Part shown: piece after piece, positions 8,610 to 18,277 of the stretch
Layout: every line of letters starts with the position of its first letter
Numbering within the stretch: the first letter of the stretch is position 1
Origin: Bdellovibrionales bacterium
GTDB lineage: Bacteria; Bdellovibrionota; Bdellovibrionia; Bdellovibrionales; UBA1609
Length of the DNA stretch: 64,000 bases
Assembly (NCBI GenBank): GCA_965261545.1
Contig: CBDHDF010000010.1
Location: 416,001-480,000 of the forward strand
Direction: 5' to 3'
Made by a program: the position numbers and the translations under genes
Notes under the pieces: generated by a model
The model's database searches: none
Told to the model about the DNA's origin: nothing
The model's input: the letters and a program-made list of their open reading frames with translations, nothing else

Positions 8610-9215
8610 AGGTCCTCCTCTGAAAAGTGGCCACTTTTCATTGGCGACGGTGGGGCATTTTAATTGTCAGCTAACACCTATACTTGCACTTCTGTGAGAA
8701 TGGACGACAAGGAGTCATTGCCAGCTATATTGGAAGAACATCAAAAAATATTTGGCGAAGATATTTTAGAGTCAGTTACAACAGACAAGGGGTATTATTC
8801 ACAAGCCAACGTCAATCTCGTCAAAGATGTTGTGGGAAATGCAGATGGAATTCAAAGACCTGCCAACGTAAAAGAACAGGTCGAAGCCCCCCAGAAAGAA
8901 GAATTATACAATCGCAGGTCGGGGGTCGAACCTCTCATAGGGCATGTCAAAAACTTTGGATTAGCAAGAAGCAAGATGAAAGGGGATGGGGCCACACTGG
9001 CTTCGGGGTATCGCTCGACCATGGGGTTCAATCTGCACCAAATTATGAGAAATTTAGCGGTGACGATGCCAACTCCAAGCTTCAAGGGTGGGTAGAACAA
9101 GGGAAAGTTAAAAAGAGGCTACTTCAGAGCCCAAGTCCAAATGAGGGCACATAAACGGCCCTTTTTAATTTCGCGACAGCGACTAACTACTCCCGATCTG
9201 AATATTTGAAGGCAT

Positions 9216-9239
9216 GTAACTCTTCGTGCGAAGAGTTAC
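9216..9239. terminator. Hairpin downstream of purE, possible terminator
   Basis: GTAACTCTTCG-TG-CGAAGAGTTAC. No clear U-tract. Confidence 0.4.
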
Positions 9240-9277
9240 TATAAATCCCAGGGTTAACTTATAGAAAACTATCCATT

Positions 9278-9880
9278 TTAAATTTCAAACTTCTTGCGGA
9301 TTTCAGCATCTATTTTTCGCACCTTGATTTTTTGATTTTTCTGAAACTCCAACACTTTTCTCTGAAGAGTTGGCTTTTGCAGGCCAATAATTCGAATCGC
9401 CAAAAGTCCTGCATTCATAGAATTATCAACAGCCATGGTCGCCACAGGAACACCTCGAGGCATTTGGGCAATGGACAGAAGTGAGTCAAGACCTTTCAGT
9501 TTCTCTGAACTTACGGGAACTCCAATCACAGGAAGAGGTGTTACCGCAGCCACCACTCCAGGCAAGTGGGCGGCTCCCCCGGCCCCCGCAATAATAACTT
9601 TCATTCCCCTTCCGTGAGCCCGAGATGCATACTGAAGCATAAATTCAGGTGTTCTATGGGCTGAAACAATACGAACTTCATAGTTCACAGAAAAATCATT
9701 CAGGATATCCATAGCTCCCTGCATTTTTGGAAGGTCTGAATCACTCCCCATAATCACAGCCACGGGGCCTATTCCAGAATTTTTTCTGCCAACCACCTGT
9801 CTTCCAGACTTTCCAGCCTTCTTTCTTTTCAACTTTCCAATCTTCTTTCTTTCCAGCCTTCCTTCATTCTTTCTTTTCAT
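9278..9880 (-). CDS. purE: N5-carboxyaminoimidazole ribonucleotide mutase with basic N-terminal extension
   Basis: [24 protein letters not shown] and [10 protein letters not shown] motifs. Confidence 0.97.
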   Translation of the reverse strand: MKRKNEGRLERKKIGKLKRKKAGKSGRQVVGRKNSGIGPVAVIMGSDSDLPKMQGAMDILNDFSVNYEVRIVSAHRTPEFMLQYASRAHGRGMKVIIAGAGGAAHLPGVVAAVTPLPVIGVPVSSEKLKGLDSLLSIAQMPRGVPVATMAVDNSMNAGLLAIRIIGLQKPTLQRKVLEFQKNQKIKVRKIDAEIRKKFEI

Positions 9881-11052
9881 AACTGAAAGCCTTTATGGAC
9901 ATCTAACAAAAATCGAAGAGCCTCCTCACCTGTGGAGCCCACAGCGCTCATATGCCCCATCTTACGATTCACACGATGGCTTTTTTTTCCATACCAGTGC
10001 CATTTCACATGGGCCATTTTTTTTGCGACCTCAAGAGGAGCCTCCCACTTAGGAGCGAGACCCTTTCCCCCGGCTCCCACTTCACACCCCAGCAAATTCA
10101 CCATAGCATAACCTCCTGCCACCTCCATGGGGCGAGAAGGTAGAGCTTGGTTTAAAATACTTAAAAGGTGCACCGTGAATTGGTCGGGGCACAGAGCCTC
10201 TAAGCTGTAATGACCCGAATTATGCACCCGAGGCGCCACCTCATTCATTAATAAGTCATCCCCTTGGTCAAAGAGTTCAAAAGCCATGACTCCTTCATAG
10301 TCATAGGCCTCTAAGTAGGTGATGATCCCCTTTTTCAAATCCTCCAGTTGTTGGTGCTCCACAGGCCCCTTGACCCAAAAACACTGGGCATTCCTTTGTC
10401 GAGTTTCCACCAATGGAAAGAAACATATTTCACCCCGGCGATTTCTCGCCGCTAAAATGGCCAACTCCCTCTTAAAGTTCTCAAAGGCTTCTGCCACGAG
10501 GCCATCTTTAAGAGCCTCGTGGGGAATATTAAAAGATTGCAACTCTTTTTCGGAATGGATGATAAATGTTCCATACCCATCGTAGCCAAATCGCCGTTTT
10601 TTAAGCACCATCCCCCTGTTTTGAAATTTTCTCCAAGCTTGTAACAAATCGTCCCTGTGATCCACTTTATAGAAAGGTGCCACGGGCAAACCAGCCTTTT
10701 GAAGTCCCACCTTTTGACTCCAACGGTCTTGAACTTGAGACATAGCAAGAGGATGCGGACAAATAAGAGTACGGGATTTTTTAGACACCTGTTGCAATAA
10801 TTCAGCATTCAGAAATTCACTTTCAAAGGTCGCCACATCAACAAGAGAAAGAAACTTTTCCAAAGAAGGAGCCTTGAATGGGTCTCCTTGAAACCAATGG
10901 GAAGTCACCTGAGCCGCAGGGTCTTCCTTAGACTTGGATAGAACGTACATTTGTAAGCCAAGCTCATGCCCCTTCATAGCTAGCATCCGAGCCAACTGAC
11001 CTCCCCCCAACAGGCCAACTTTCACTTGGGTGAATCTCTCCATAACTCTCAT
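9877..11052 (-). CDS. purK: N5-carboxyaminoimidazole ribonucleotide synthase
   Basis: [27 protein letters not shown] and RKMGH motifs. Adjacent to purE. Confidence 0.96.
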   Translation of the reverse strand: MRVMERFTQVKVGLLGGGQLARMLAMKGHELGLQMYVLSKSKEDPAAQVTSHWFQGDPFKAPSLEKFLSLVDVATFESEFLNAELLQQVSKKSRTLICPHPLAMSQVQDRWSQKVGLQKAGLPVAPFYKVDHRDDLLQAWRKFQNRGMVLKKRRFGYDGYGTFIIHSEKELQSFNIPHEALKDGLVAEAFENFKRELAILAARNRRGEICFFPLVETRQRNAQCFWVKGPVEHQQLEDLKKGIITYLEAYDYEGVMAFELFDQGDDLLMNEVAPRVHNSGHYSLEALCPDQFTVHLLSILNQALPSRPMEVAGGYAMVNLLGCEVGAGGKGLAPKWEAPLEVAKKMAHVKWHWYGKKSHRVNRKMGHMSAVGSTGEEALRFLLDVHKGFQL

Positions 11053-11100
11053 GATCTCATTTGAATTCCCATGATCTCATTTAAATTCTCATAATATTCA

Positions 11101-11310
11101 CTATGAAGAACTTTTTAGAGACTTCCCCTGGGCAGATATACGTAAAAGAATTTCATGGGCTTCTTTTTGTAGGTTATTTTTCAATATAAAATGATAAAAG
11201 TCCTTAATTTCAGTACTTTGGCGAAATTTCTTGACAGAATTTGAAAGGATTTCAGACCGTGTAAAATGAATATAACTCCCATCTTCGGAAAGATACACAT
11301 TATTTTTCAA
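11101..11310 (-). CDS. Small hypothetical protein
   Basis: AAGGAG RBS before TTG. Same strand as purK. Confidence 0.6.
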   Translation of the reverse strand: MKNNVYLSEDGSYIHFTRSEILSNSVKKFRQSTEIKDFYHFILKNNLQKEAHEILLRISAQGKSLKSSS

Positions 11311-11524
11311 GATAACTCCTTCGCTTTTTTTGGTAACTGTTCAGGGGGAGGCAGAGTTCAAGAAGTCAAGCCCGACCTTGCCAGAAAAACGTAAACCTCT
11401 TTTTATAAACTCGTGCCCCCCTCTGAACAGTTACTTTCTTTGTAAGAGTTCCCACCTTAACCCACCAACTCCCTCTTGTACCACAAACCTAAAGTGCAAC
11501 CAAGCCCCATTTTCTTAGTTTTTG

Positions 11525-11544
11525 CCGGTAGCTTTTGCTACCGG
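11525..11544. terminator. Hairpin downstream of 11554-12804
   Basis: CCGGTAGC-TTTT-GCTACCGG, 9 bp past the stop. U-tract is not canonical. Confidence 0.35.
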
Positions 11545-11553
11545 ACAGTTCAT

Positions 11554-12804
11554 TCAACCTCTCCCCCTTCCCTTATGCCCACCAAATAAAGATTCAATTT
11601 GAATATAAATACCTGGGGTAGGGCGAAAAGAGCGCTCCCGGGGAAGTATAAGTTCAGGGCGAACTTGCACAGACACCCAACCTCGATAAAAGGACCTTTG
11701 ATAGGCGGCATAAATTCTATAACGCTCCACCATCAAATAAGAACTTTCATTGTTTCTCTCGCTTTCAAAAAGGCTTCCATAAATCAAAAGATTCTTCGAA
11801 TCAATACGGTGAGTGATACTAAGGCCATGGAAGAGACTCAAAGTCTCCTCAGAAATGGTCCACAAAAGATGATTATCAAAATGAAGTAAATATTTTTCAG
11901 AAATTCTACGATCTATTTCAAAGCCTGTCCTATACTCCCATCCTCTGGATTTAAACCAAGAAATACTCCCCTCTAACAACAATTCAAGCTCACGGGTGGG
12001 GAGCCAAAGCTTTCTCACACGCCCCCTCATAAAGGGGTCTAACTTTCGAGACTTCATCCGAATTCCTAAATCTTGGTCCCAGTGAAGCCCATAGCCCCCA
12101 AAAAAATTTTTTAAATGATTATTTTTTTCTTCACTCTGCAAAAAATGGCTCCCTTCGCCTTGACGCTTTAAACAACAAAAATGGTGCATACGCCGCCCTA
12201 TGGCCCTTATTTTTTTTTCAAAACGCGGGAAAACTAACCTAAATGAAGGTTTAACATCACCTTCAAAACCCTCCCCCTCCACGAAAGAAGACGTAAGTCT
12301 CACTCTTAGCCTAGAGGCCTTCTTCCTCTCCCCCACCTCTTCATCAACAAAAAATGTATCAATAGACTCAGATAGACCTATAACAGAATTACTTAGAGTA
12401 TGGTGCACTTGAAAAAAAACGTCTCCGTTAAACAAAGATACTCCAGAATAAGGGTCCCCACGGAAAAGCACTAAGTCCTCATGCTGCGAAGAATGAACAT
12501 ACGGCAACGGCTGTGCCTTTAAATAGCAAATGGATTCTAGTAACTGATCCTTTGTATAGCAGGAAAACCCTGGGTTCCCCTTAGGAACCTGCTCTAAGGT
12601 ATGAAGAAATGGGTCTATGGACTTATATTTAAATCCACCATAGGAGGAAAAAGAGGTCAAAGTAAGAGAAAGTAGGCAAAAGCCATAAAGATAAAGTTTG
12701 ACCATAAACCTACAAGGTAAAAGGTTTTCAAAACGTATCAACTCATCTAGACTCTTTTTCATTAGTCCCTTCCTCCCCTCTACAGGAAAGGAAGGGACTT
12801 TCAT
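11554..12804 (-). CDS. Hypothetical exported, probable outer-membrane beta-barrel protein (true start likely downstream)
   Basis: Long ORF with a signal-like hydrophobic stretch and aromatic-rich beta-strand pattern in the C-terminal half. Confidence 0.6.
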   Translation of the reverse strand: MKVPSFPVEGRKGLMKKSLDELIRFENLLPCRFMVKLYLYGFCLLSLTLTSFSSYGGFKYKSIDPFLHTLEQVPKGNPGFSCYTKDQLLESICYLKAQPLPYVHSSQHEDLVLFRGDPYSGVSLFNGDVFFQVHHTLSNSVIGLSESIDTFFVDEEVGERKKASRLRVRLTSSFVEGEGFEGDVKPSFRLVFPRFEKKIRAIGRRMHHFCCLKRQGEGSHFLQSEEKNNHLKNFFGGYGLHWDQDLGIRMKSRKLDPFMRGRVRKLWLPTRELELLLEGSISWFKSRGWEYRTGFEIDRRISEKYLLHFDNHLLWTISEETLSLFHGLSITHRIDSKNLLIYGSLFESERNNESSYLMVERYRIYAAYQRSFYRGWVSVQVRPELILPRERSFRPTPGIYIQIESLFGGHKGRGRG

Positions 12805-12841
12805 ATTTGCATCGTGGAGCCTAACCTTAATCTTAATCTAG

Positions 12842-13174
12842 TTACTTCTTTTTTTTGGGACGACCTACTTTTTTTGCCCCCACCTTCCTAGTGGCTCGTT
12901 TTTTGGTCGCTTTTTTGGCAGTTTTTCTAGTGGTGCTCTTTTTTGGACGGCCTACTTTTTTTGCCCTTACCTTTTTAGCGGTTTTCTTCTTTATAGTCTT
13001 TTTTGTTTTTTTCTTTGTAGTCTTCTTTGTGATTTTCTTAGCAGCCCTTTTGGTGACCTTCTTTTTTGGACGACCTACTTTACTAGCTCCCCTACTTTTA
13101 GCCGTCTTTTTTGTTGTTTTCTTCTTACTGCCTCTCTTCTTAGAAGTTTTAGCTTTTGCTTTTGTTTTAGGCAT
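12842..13174 (-). CDS. Lys/Ala/Thr-rich basic histone-H1-like DNA-binding protein with three KVGRPKK motifs
   Basis: 110 aa with no Asp or Glu. GGAGG RBS before ATG. Confidence 0.75.
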   Translation of the reverse strand: MPKTKAKAKTSKKRGSKKKTTKKTAKSRGASKVGRPKKKVTKRAAKKITKKTTKKKTKKTIKKKTAKKVRAKKVGRPKKSTTRKTAKKATKKRATRKVGAKKVGRPKKKK

Positions 13175-13350
13175 TTTCCCTCCATTTTTTTTGTTTTACG
13201 CCGCTGTTTACGCCGCTTATTTGCGCCACGAGACGCATACTAATATTAATTCATGTTAACGAAACATCTGCATAAATCAAGAAATAAATCAAGATGATGA
13301 TAAAAAAATTTAAAAAACAGACTTTTTCCAACAAAATTCTTATCCATTCA

Positions 13351-15027
13351 TCATTGCAAACGACGATATTTTAGACGACGAGGAGTTAATGTTTCAACAC
13401 CCAATCTCCCCTTTAAGTCCGCCTCATACTCACTATAATTTCCAATAAACCAATAAACCTGACTATTCCCTTCAAAAGCTAAAATATGAGTGCAAATACG
13501 GTCTAAAAACCAACGATCATGACTAATCACCATAACACAACCCCCATAGCACTCCATCGCCTCCTCAAGAGCGCGCATTGTATTGACATCAAGGTCGTTG
13601 GTGGGCTCATCCAAAAGCATCAGATTACAACCCGTTTTAAGTATTTTTGCTAAGTAAACACGATTTCGTTCTCCCCCAGAGAGTTCCTGTATTTTCTTTT
13701 GCTGATCCCCACCATTAAAATTAAACTTCGATACATAGGCGCGAGAGGACAATTCACGCCCACCAAGTTGCAGTATATCCTGCCCTTCAGAAATTTCTTC
13801 CCAAACTGTTCGGTGGACCTGAATACTTTCGCGAGCCTGATCCACATAAGCCATTTGCACTGTGGAACCTATATGGACACTCCCCTTATCTGGTGAATCT
13901 TGTCCTGTAATCATACGAAATAGTGTGGTTTTTCCTACACCATTGGGGCCAATCACTCCTACAATAGCTCCCTTAGGCAAATCAAAATTCAAATGATCGA
14001 TCAATAGTCGATCACCAAAACCCTTAGAAACTCCCTCAAAGCGAACTACAGAACTTCCAATACGAGGTCCTGGGGGAATATAAATCTGCATTTCTTTAAG
14101 TCTTTCATGGCTTGGTTCTTTAAGTAGGTTTTCATAGGACGAAATTCTCGCCTTGGATTTGGATTGCCGTCCCTTGGGGTTCATACGAATCCAATCCAAT
14201 TCACGCTCAAGGGTTTTCACTCTCCTATCATCAGATTTTTGATCTTGCTTTAACCTCCGCTCCTTTTGCTCCAACCACGAAGAATAATTTCCCTTAAAAG
14301 GAATCCCCTCACCACGGTCGAGTTCTAAAATCCAACCAGCCACATTATCGAGAAAATAGCGATCATGGGTCACGGCAATAACTGTTCCAGGAAATTCAGA
14401 TAAAAAATGCTCCAGCCACGCTACAGATTCTGCATCCAAATGGTTCGTGGGCTCATCGAGCAATAAAATATCGGGGGAGGAAAGCAGCAAGCGACAAAGA
14501 GCCACACGGCGAATTTCACCCCCCGACAGAGAACCTGGTATAGAGTCTTCAGGTGGACACCGAAGAGCCTCCATGGCTCGCTCCACTTTTTGATCAACTT
14601 CCCATCCATCAAGAGTCTCAATTTTTTCCTGAACAATACCTTGGCGATCCATCAAGACTTCCATTTGATCAGGACTTATATTTTCATCACAAAGATCCTG
14701 ACTGATCTTTTGGAATTCCTGTAGGTAGTCATTCAAAGGCCCCAAACCATCGAGAATATTTTCTTTGACCGTCTTTTCGAGGTGAAGTTTAGGCTCCTGC
14801 TCTAGGTAGCCCACCCGATAGTCTTTGGATGGAAGGGACTCTCCGATAAACTCCGTATCAACACCTGCCATAATCCTTAGAAGCGTCGACTTCCCCGATC
14901 CATTCAGACCCAAAACACCAATTTTGGCTCCATAAAAATAAGATAAGTAAATATCTTTCAAGACATACTTCTGCGGAGGATAAACTTTCCCCACACCCTT
15001 CATCGTATAAATAATTTCTTCAGCCAT
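13351..15027 (-). CDS. ettA: Energy-dependent translational throttle ABC-F protein
   Basis: GAKIGVLGLNGSGKSTLL, two ABC cassettes and the RELDWIR...KGRQSKSKARI linker. Confidence 0.96.
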   Translation of the reverse strand: MAEEIIYTMKGVGKVYPPQKYVLKDIYLSYFYGAKIGVLGLNGSGKSTLLRIMAGVDTEFIGESLPSKDYRVGYLEQEPKLHLEKTVKENILDGLGPLNDYLQEFQKISQDLCDENISPDQMEVLMDRQGIVQEKIETLDGWEVDQKVERAMEALRCPPEDSIPGSLSGGEIRRVALCRLLLSSPDILLLDEPTNHLDAESVAWLEHFLSEFPGTVIAVTHDRYFLDNVAGWILELDRGEGIPFKGNYSSWLEQKERRLKQDQKSDDRRVKTLERELDWIRMNPKGRQSKSKARISSYENLLKEPSHERLKEMQIYIPPGPRIGSSVVRFEGVSKGFGDRLLIDHLNFDLPKGAIVGVIGPNGVGKTTLFRMITGQDSPDKGSVHIGSTVQMAYVDQARESIQVHRTVWEEISEGQDILQLGGRELSSRAYVSKFNFNGGDQQKKIQELSGGERNRVYLAKILKTGCNLMLLDEPTNDLDVNTMRALEEAMECYGGCVMVISHDRWFLDRICTHILAFEGNSQVYWFIGNYSEYEADLKGRLGVETLTPRRLKYRRLQ

Positions 15028-15199
15028 ATTATATATCCTTCTGATCCTTTTGATCCCTTTGTTTCTATTTTTCTATCTTTGCCATCTTTCTATTTTATAG
15101 AGAACCATTATCCACAAGTAATGCACATACTTAATCACAATCTTTACCTGATGTACTTTTCACTTGTCAAAAGTAGAAATTCCGTTTTTACTTTAGATT

Positions 15200-15379
15200 A
15201 TGACTTTACCCAAAAGAAACCACCCACTTTCACATACAAGTGAGCCCATTCAGAAGGCTCTCAAAAGCTTTGAAAGCCTTATACCTCCTCACCGTACTCC
15301 CCCCCCTCCCAACTCCTTGGGTATCACCCCAAAAAGACTCCAAAGAATTAAAAAGCTTATTCATGAACTATCCCAATAA
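15200..15379 (+). CDS. Possible 59-aa small protein (below ORF-track cutoff)
   Basis: MTLPKRNHPL...TPKRLQRIKKLIHELSQ in a 650-bp intergenic gap. Confidence 0.3.
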   Translation: MTLPKRNHPLSHTSEPIQKALKSFESLIPPHRTPPPPNSLGITPKRLQRIKKLIHELSQ

Positions 15380-15682
15380 TCCCCTCATTTCTCACCCCTA
15401 GATAAGCCACAACAACAAACATAGAAAAACAAAAAAAAATTAAGTCCAAAAAGAGAGAAAGAGAGTGAGAAAAACGAAATAACCATACCTAAGACCAATC
15501 TCCACTTGATGCTAAGAGTTATTTATTCCTTTAAATTCACTCACTATTTATATTTTTATATACTTAGTAACAGTGTGAAAATATCCGCCGGGTGATTATT
15601 ATAAGCCTCATTATGGTCATAAACTTTATTTATAGTCTCCAATGATTCAGTTATAAAGAAAGGTATTCAAAAGGTACTCAAC

Positions 15683-16255
15683 ATGAAAACATGGCCCTAC
15701 TTTTTAAGCATATTCATCATACTTACCACAGTTTTCTTCTCCTCTCTCCCCTTTTCCATGGCTCAACAGGGGGCAAACTCAAATGATAAACAACCTCAAA
15801 GCCAAGAAGAAAAAGAAGGAGATCAGAAGGATCACTCGCCCCATTCCAATATCCCAAGTTCCGCCATCATGGACCTTGCTCAATCCATGGGAATGCTCAA
15901 GGAAATTCAAGAGCTACATAACCAAGACGGAAAAATTCCGCTTTGGAAGCAAATCACCCATGTGATTACAGACCCCTCATTTTTAGCTTCCATTCGAACC
16001 CTAGGCACAAGCCCTGGCGCTGAGCTATTTATCTTTCTTGAGGGTATCGCCTGGGTTCTTATTCTCTTTTTCAGGAGTTGGAGATTTTCCAGCCGTCAAA
16101 TCTCCTTTCTACAATGCTTGTGGATAGATACATGGACAATTTCCATGGGCCTTTTGATTCTGCTTTTTATTATCCCCTTGGCTCTCTTCCAAAAAAGTTT
16201 TTTAGGGCTCATCATTATTATCAGTACCCTATGGGTGGGGCAAAGCCTTGTATAA
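15683..16255 (+). CDS. Hypothetical membrane protein
   Basis: Signal peptide plus several C-terminal hydrophobic helices. Confidence 0.7.
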   Translation: MKTWPYFLSIFIILTTVFFSSLPFSMAQQGANSNDKQPQSQEEKEGDQKDHSPHSNIPSSAIMDLAQSMGMLKEIQELHNQDGKIPLWKQITHVITDPSFLASIRTLGTSPGAELFIFLEGIAWVLILFFRSWRFSSRQISFLQCLWIDTWTISMGLLILLFIIPLALFQKSFLGLIIIISTLWVGQSLV

Positions 16256-16389
16256 CATGTCGCCATCGCAACAAACCCTTGCCTTGCTCACACCACTAGA
16301 ATTTAATTGACTTAAACCACTTTTCTCAATAGGAAGAAAAAAGAGTTGCTCAAGACAAGAAAGAGCTTCTCAAGACAAGAAAGAACTTC

Positions 16390-18105
16390 TCAAAGCGAAG
16401 AATTCGGCGATGAGGGCAAGCTATCAAGCCAATGGGCCAAGCACTGAACGGCCTGACCACTCCCTCCCACCTCCTGCAAAGCACCCTTGGCTCGGTCATT
16501 CCAAGCATAAATATCTAAATGAGCCCAGGGAATATCTTTCACAAAAGACTCTAGGAAAAGAGCTGCTGTGACAGCTCCCCCAAAACCATCTGTACAATTG
16601 GATATATCTGCAAATGTGGACCCAAGCCTCTTCCGCTCGCTTTGAATCAGAGGCATGGGCCACATGGGATCACCACTGTTCAGAGAGGATCTATAAATCT
16701 CATGAACCAAATTCTCACGATTGCCAAATAAGCCCCCCACACCACAGCCCAACGCCATCTTGATAGCCCCCGTAAGAGTCGCTACATCAACCACAACGCA
16801 AGGGTCCCCCTGAGTCACAGCCACATCAAGAGTATCTGCAAGGGCAAGGCGCCCTTCTGCATCTGTATTATGAATCTCCACAGCCATGCCACTTCGAGAC
16901 GTTAAAACATCACTGGGCCTCATCGCTCTTTCAGACACGGAGTTTTCAGCTATGGCCAAATAAAAATCTAACTTCTTTTCGAGACCCGAATGGCAGGCCC
17001 AGTGGGCCAGACCCACCACCACCGCTGACCCTCCCATATCCTTTTTCATCAAGCGCATCCCACGAGAAGGTTTTAAATCGAGTCCTCCCGTATCAAATGT
17101 GACTCCCTTGCCCACAAAGGCCACAGGCTTTCCTTGAGCCCCTGGTGGCCTATACCGAATATGAACCATACAAGCCTTTTCGGTCGCTCCTTGACCCACT
17201 CCCAACAACAGACCCATTCCCTCTTTTTTTAAGCGCCCTTGGTCCCACACAACAACCTCCACCGACGTCTCCTCTTGAAAAAGAGACTCCACGGACGAAG
17301 CATATGTTTGAGGGTTCAATTCTGAGGGAGGAATGTTCACCAAGTGTCGTGCTATATTCACGGAAGCTCCTAAAGCAAGAGCCCTTTTCTGCTCTTGCTC
17401 AGTGACCTCTTCTCCTCCCAACTTATGGAGATACAAGCTGGGACCAAGATTTAGGTGTTTAAAATTCTTATATTTATAAGACCCCATCTCTAGACCCACC
17501 AATCCCCCCACGACTTGGTCTGAATGACAATCCACAAAGCAAACCTCCATGGAAGAAAGACCTTCTGAAAAGACCTGCGTAAACATAGATCCCAAGCTAT
17601 CCCTCGCCCCAGAATAAAGACTTATGTCATTCACGGTTTTAGGGGATATGCAAAGCCTTGATGCCACCCATAAGTTCACAACCCAGATCGGCCCACTCCG
17701 AACTTCGAAGCGAGTTGTCACACAAACACTCCCTTTTCCTCTGCCGACCTTAACTTCTTTCTTACTTCTAGCCTCGCTTTCTATCTCATACCCTGTCCCA
17801 CCTTCTACCTTGCTTCCTGCCTCGCTTTCCCTCCCTTGACAACGCTCCCACTGCCAGGGATGCAAAACATCCTTCAACACCCTCATCCCACCTGTTGTGA
17901 CAGAAGAAGGCTTTTTACCGAACACGAAAATGCGACCATGAAGCGAGTCACCCGGGGACCATGATACATTGGTAGAAGAAGAAGTGGGAATGGGAGAAAT
18001 GGGAAACTTAGGAACCTGATTCCATTTTGCCCACCGAAGAATAGATGAGACTGCAAGGGGTGAAGAATTTGAAATCATATTTTCTGAAATCATGCTTGCA
18101 GTCAT
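16390..18105 (-). CDS. pepA: M17 leucyl aminopeptidase
   Basis: VGKGVTFDTGG, MKKDMGG, NTDAEGRL, DVATLTGA and WAHLDI motifs. Confidence 0.93.
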   Translation of the reverse strand: MTASMISENMISNSSPLAVSSILRWAKWNQVPKFPISPIPTSSSTNVSWSPGDSLHGRIFVFGKKPSSVTTGGMRVLKDVLHPWQWERCQGRESEAGSKVEGGTGYEIESEARSKKEVKVGRGKGSVCVTTRFEVRSGPIWVVNLWVASRLCISPKTVNDISLYSGARDSLGSMFTQVFSEGLSSMEVCFVDCHSDQVVGGLVGLEMGSYKYKNFKHLNLGPSLYLHKLGGEEVTEQEQKRALALGASVNIARHLVNIPPSELNPQTYASSVESLFQEETSVEVVVWDQGRLKKEGMGLLLGVGQGATEKACMVHIRYRPPGAQGKPVAFVGKGVTFDTGGLDLKPSRGMRLMKKDMGGSAVVVGLAHWACHSGLEKKLDFYLAIAENSVSERAMRPSDVLTSRSGMAVEIHNTDAEGRLALADTLDVAVTQGDPCVVVDVATLTGAIKMALGCGVGGLFGNRENLVHEIYRSSLNSGDPMWPMPLIQSERKRLGSTFADISNCTDGFGGAVTAALFLESFVKDIPWAHLDIYAWNDRAKGALQEVGGSGQAVQCLAHWLDSLPSSPNSSL

Positions 18106-18277
18106 ACAAAAATTTTTCTGTATTCGATAGTGATAATGCGTAAATAATAATGCGCAAAGTTAAAGCTTGCCTACTTCTCAAGCCTAGGGTTAGTTAATCC
18201 TACTCTTAAAATAGGGAGGAGAAATAAAACACTTAAAATCTGATCTCTCAGTTCTTCTCTCAACTCTTCTTTCAACT

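Larger units (their letters stand above)
4004..8676 (-). mobile_element. IS21-family insertion sequence (about 3.25 kb once the nested IS4 is removed)
   Basis: TG...CA ends (TGTTAG at 4004, CTAACA at 8676). Multiple terminal repeats of GTCGCCAAT(G/T)AAAA type. 5-bp TSD CCTAT at 3999-4003 and 8677-8681. Contains istA-istB. Confidence 0.93.
3020..9095 (+). pseudogene. IS5/ISNCY-like DDE transposase (465 aa reconstructed; pieces 3020-4003 and 8682-9095) split by IS21
   Basis: DVDSTVQEAN, KGKLGKDKEFG, TTDKGYYS and RRSGVEPLIGHVK motifs. The junction reads ...NFIVPY|TCTSVRMDDK in frame. Confidence 0.92.
2944..9154 (+). other. Candidate overprinted ORF (510 codons after removing IS21; pieces 2944-4003 and 8682-9154) in the -1 frame of the transposase
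   Basis: ORF-track ORFs 2944..4020 and 8684..9154 join in frame (CTA-TAC-TTG) when IS21 and one CCTAT copy are excised. No stop over the whole transposase length. Confidence 0.5.
2491..9183 (+). mobile_element. IS5/ISNCY-like insertion sequence (about 2.0 kb once the nested IS21 is removed) with passenger gene
   Basis: Perfect 16-bp IR GTCGCTGTCGCGAAAT (2491-2506) / ATTTCGCGACAGCGAC (9168-9183). 6-bp direct repeat TAACTA at 2485-2490 and 9184-9189. Confidence 0.92.

Noticed and set aside
12855..13259. 134-aa hydrophobic ORF on + strand
   Set aside because: It is the antisense shadow of the Lys-rich gene (AAA read as TTT). The RBS supports the minus-strand gene.
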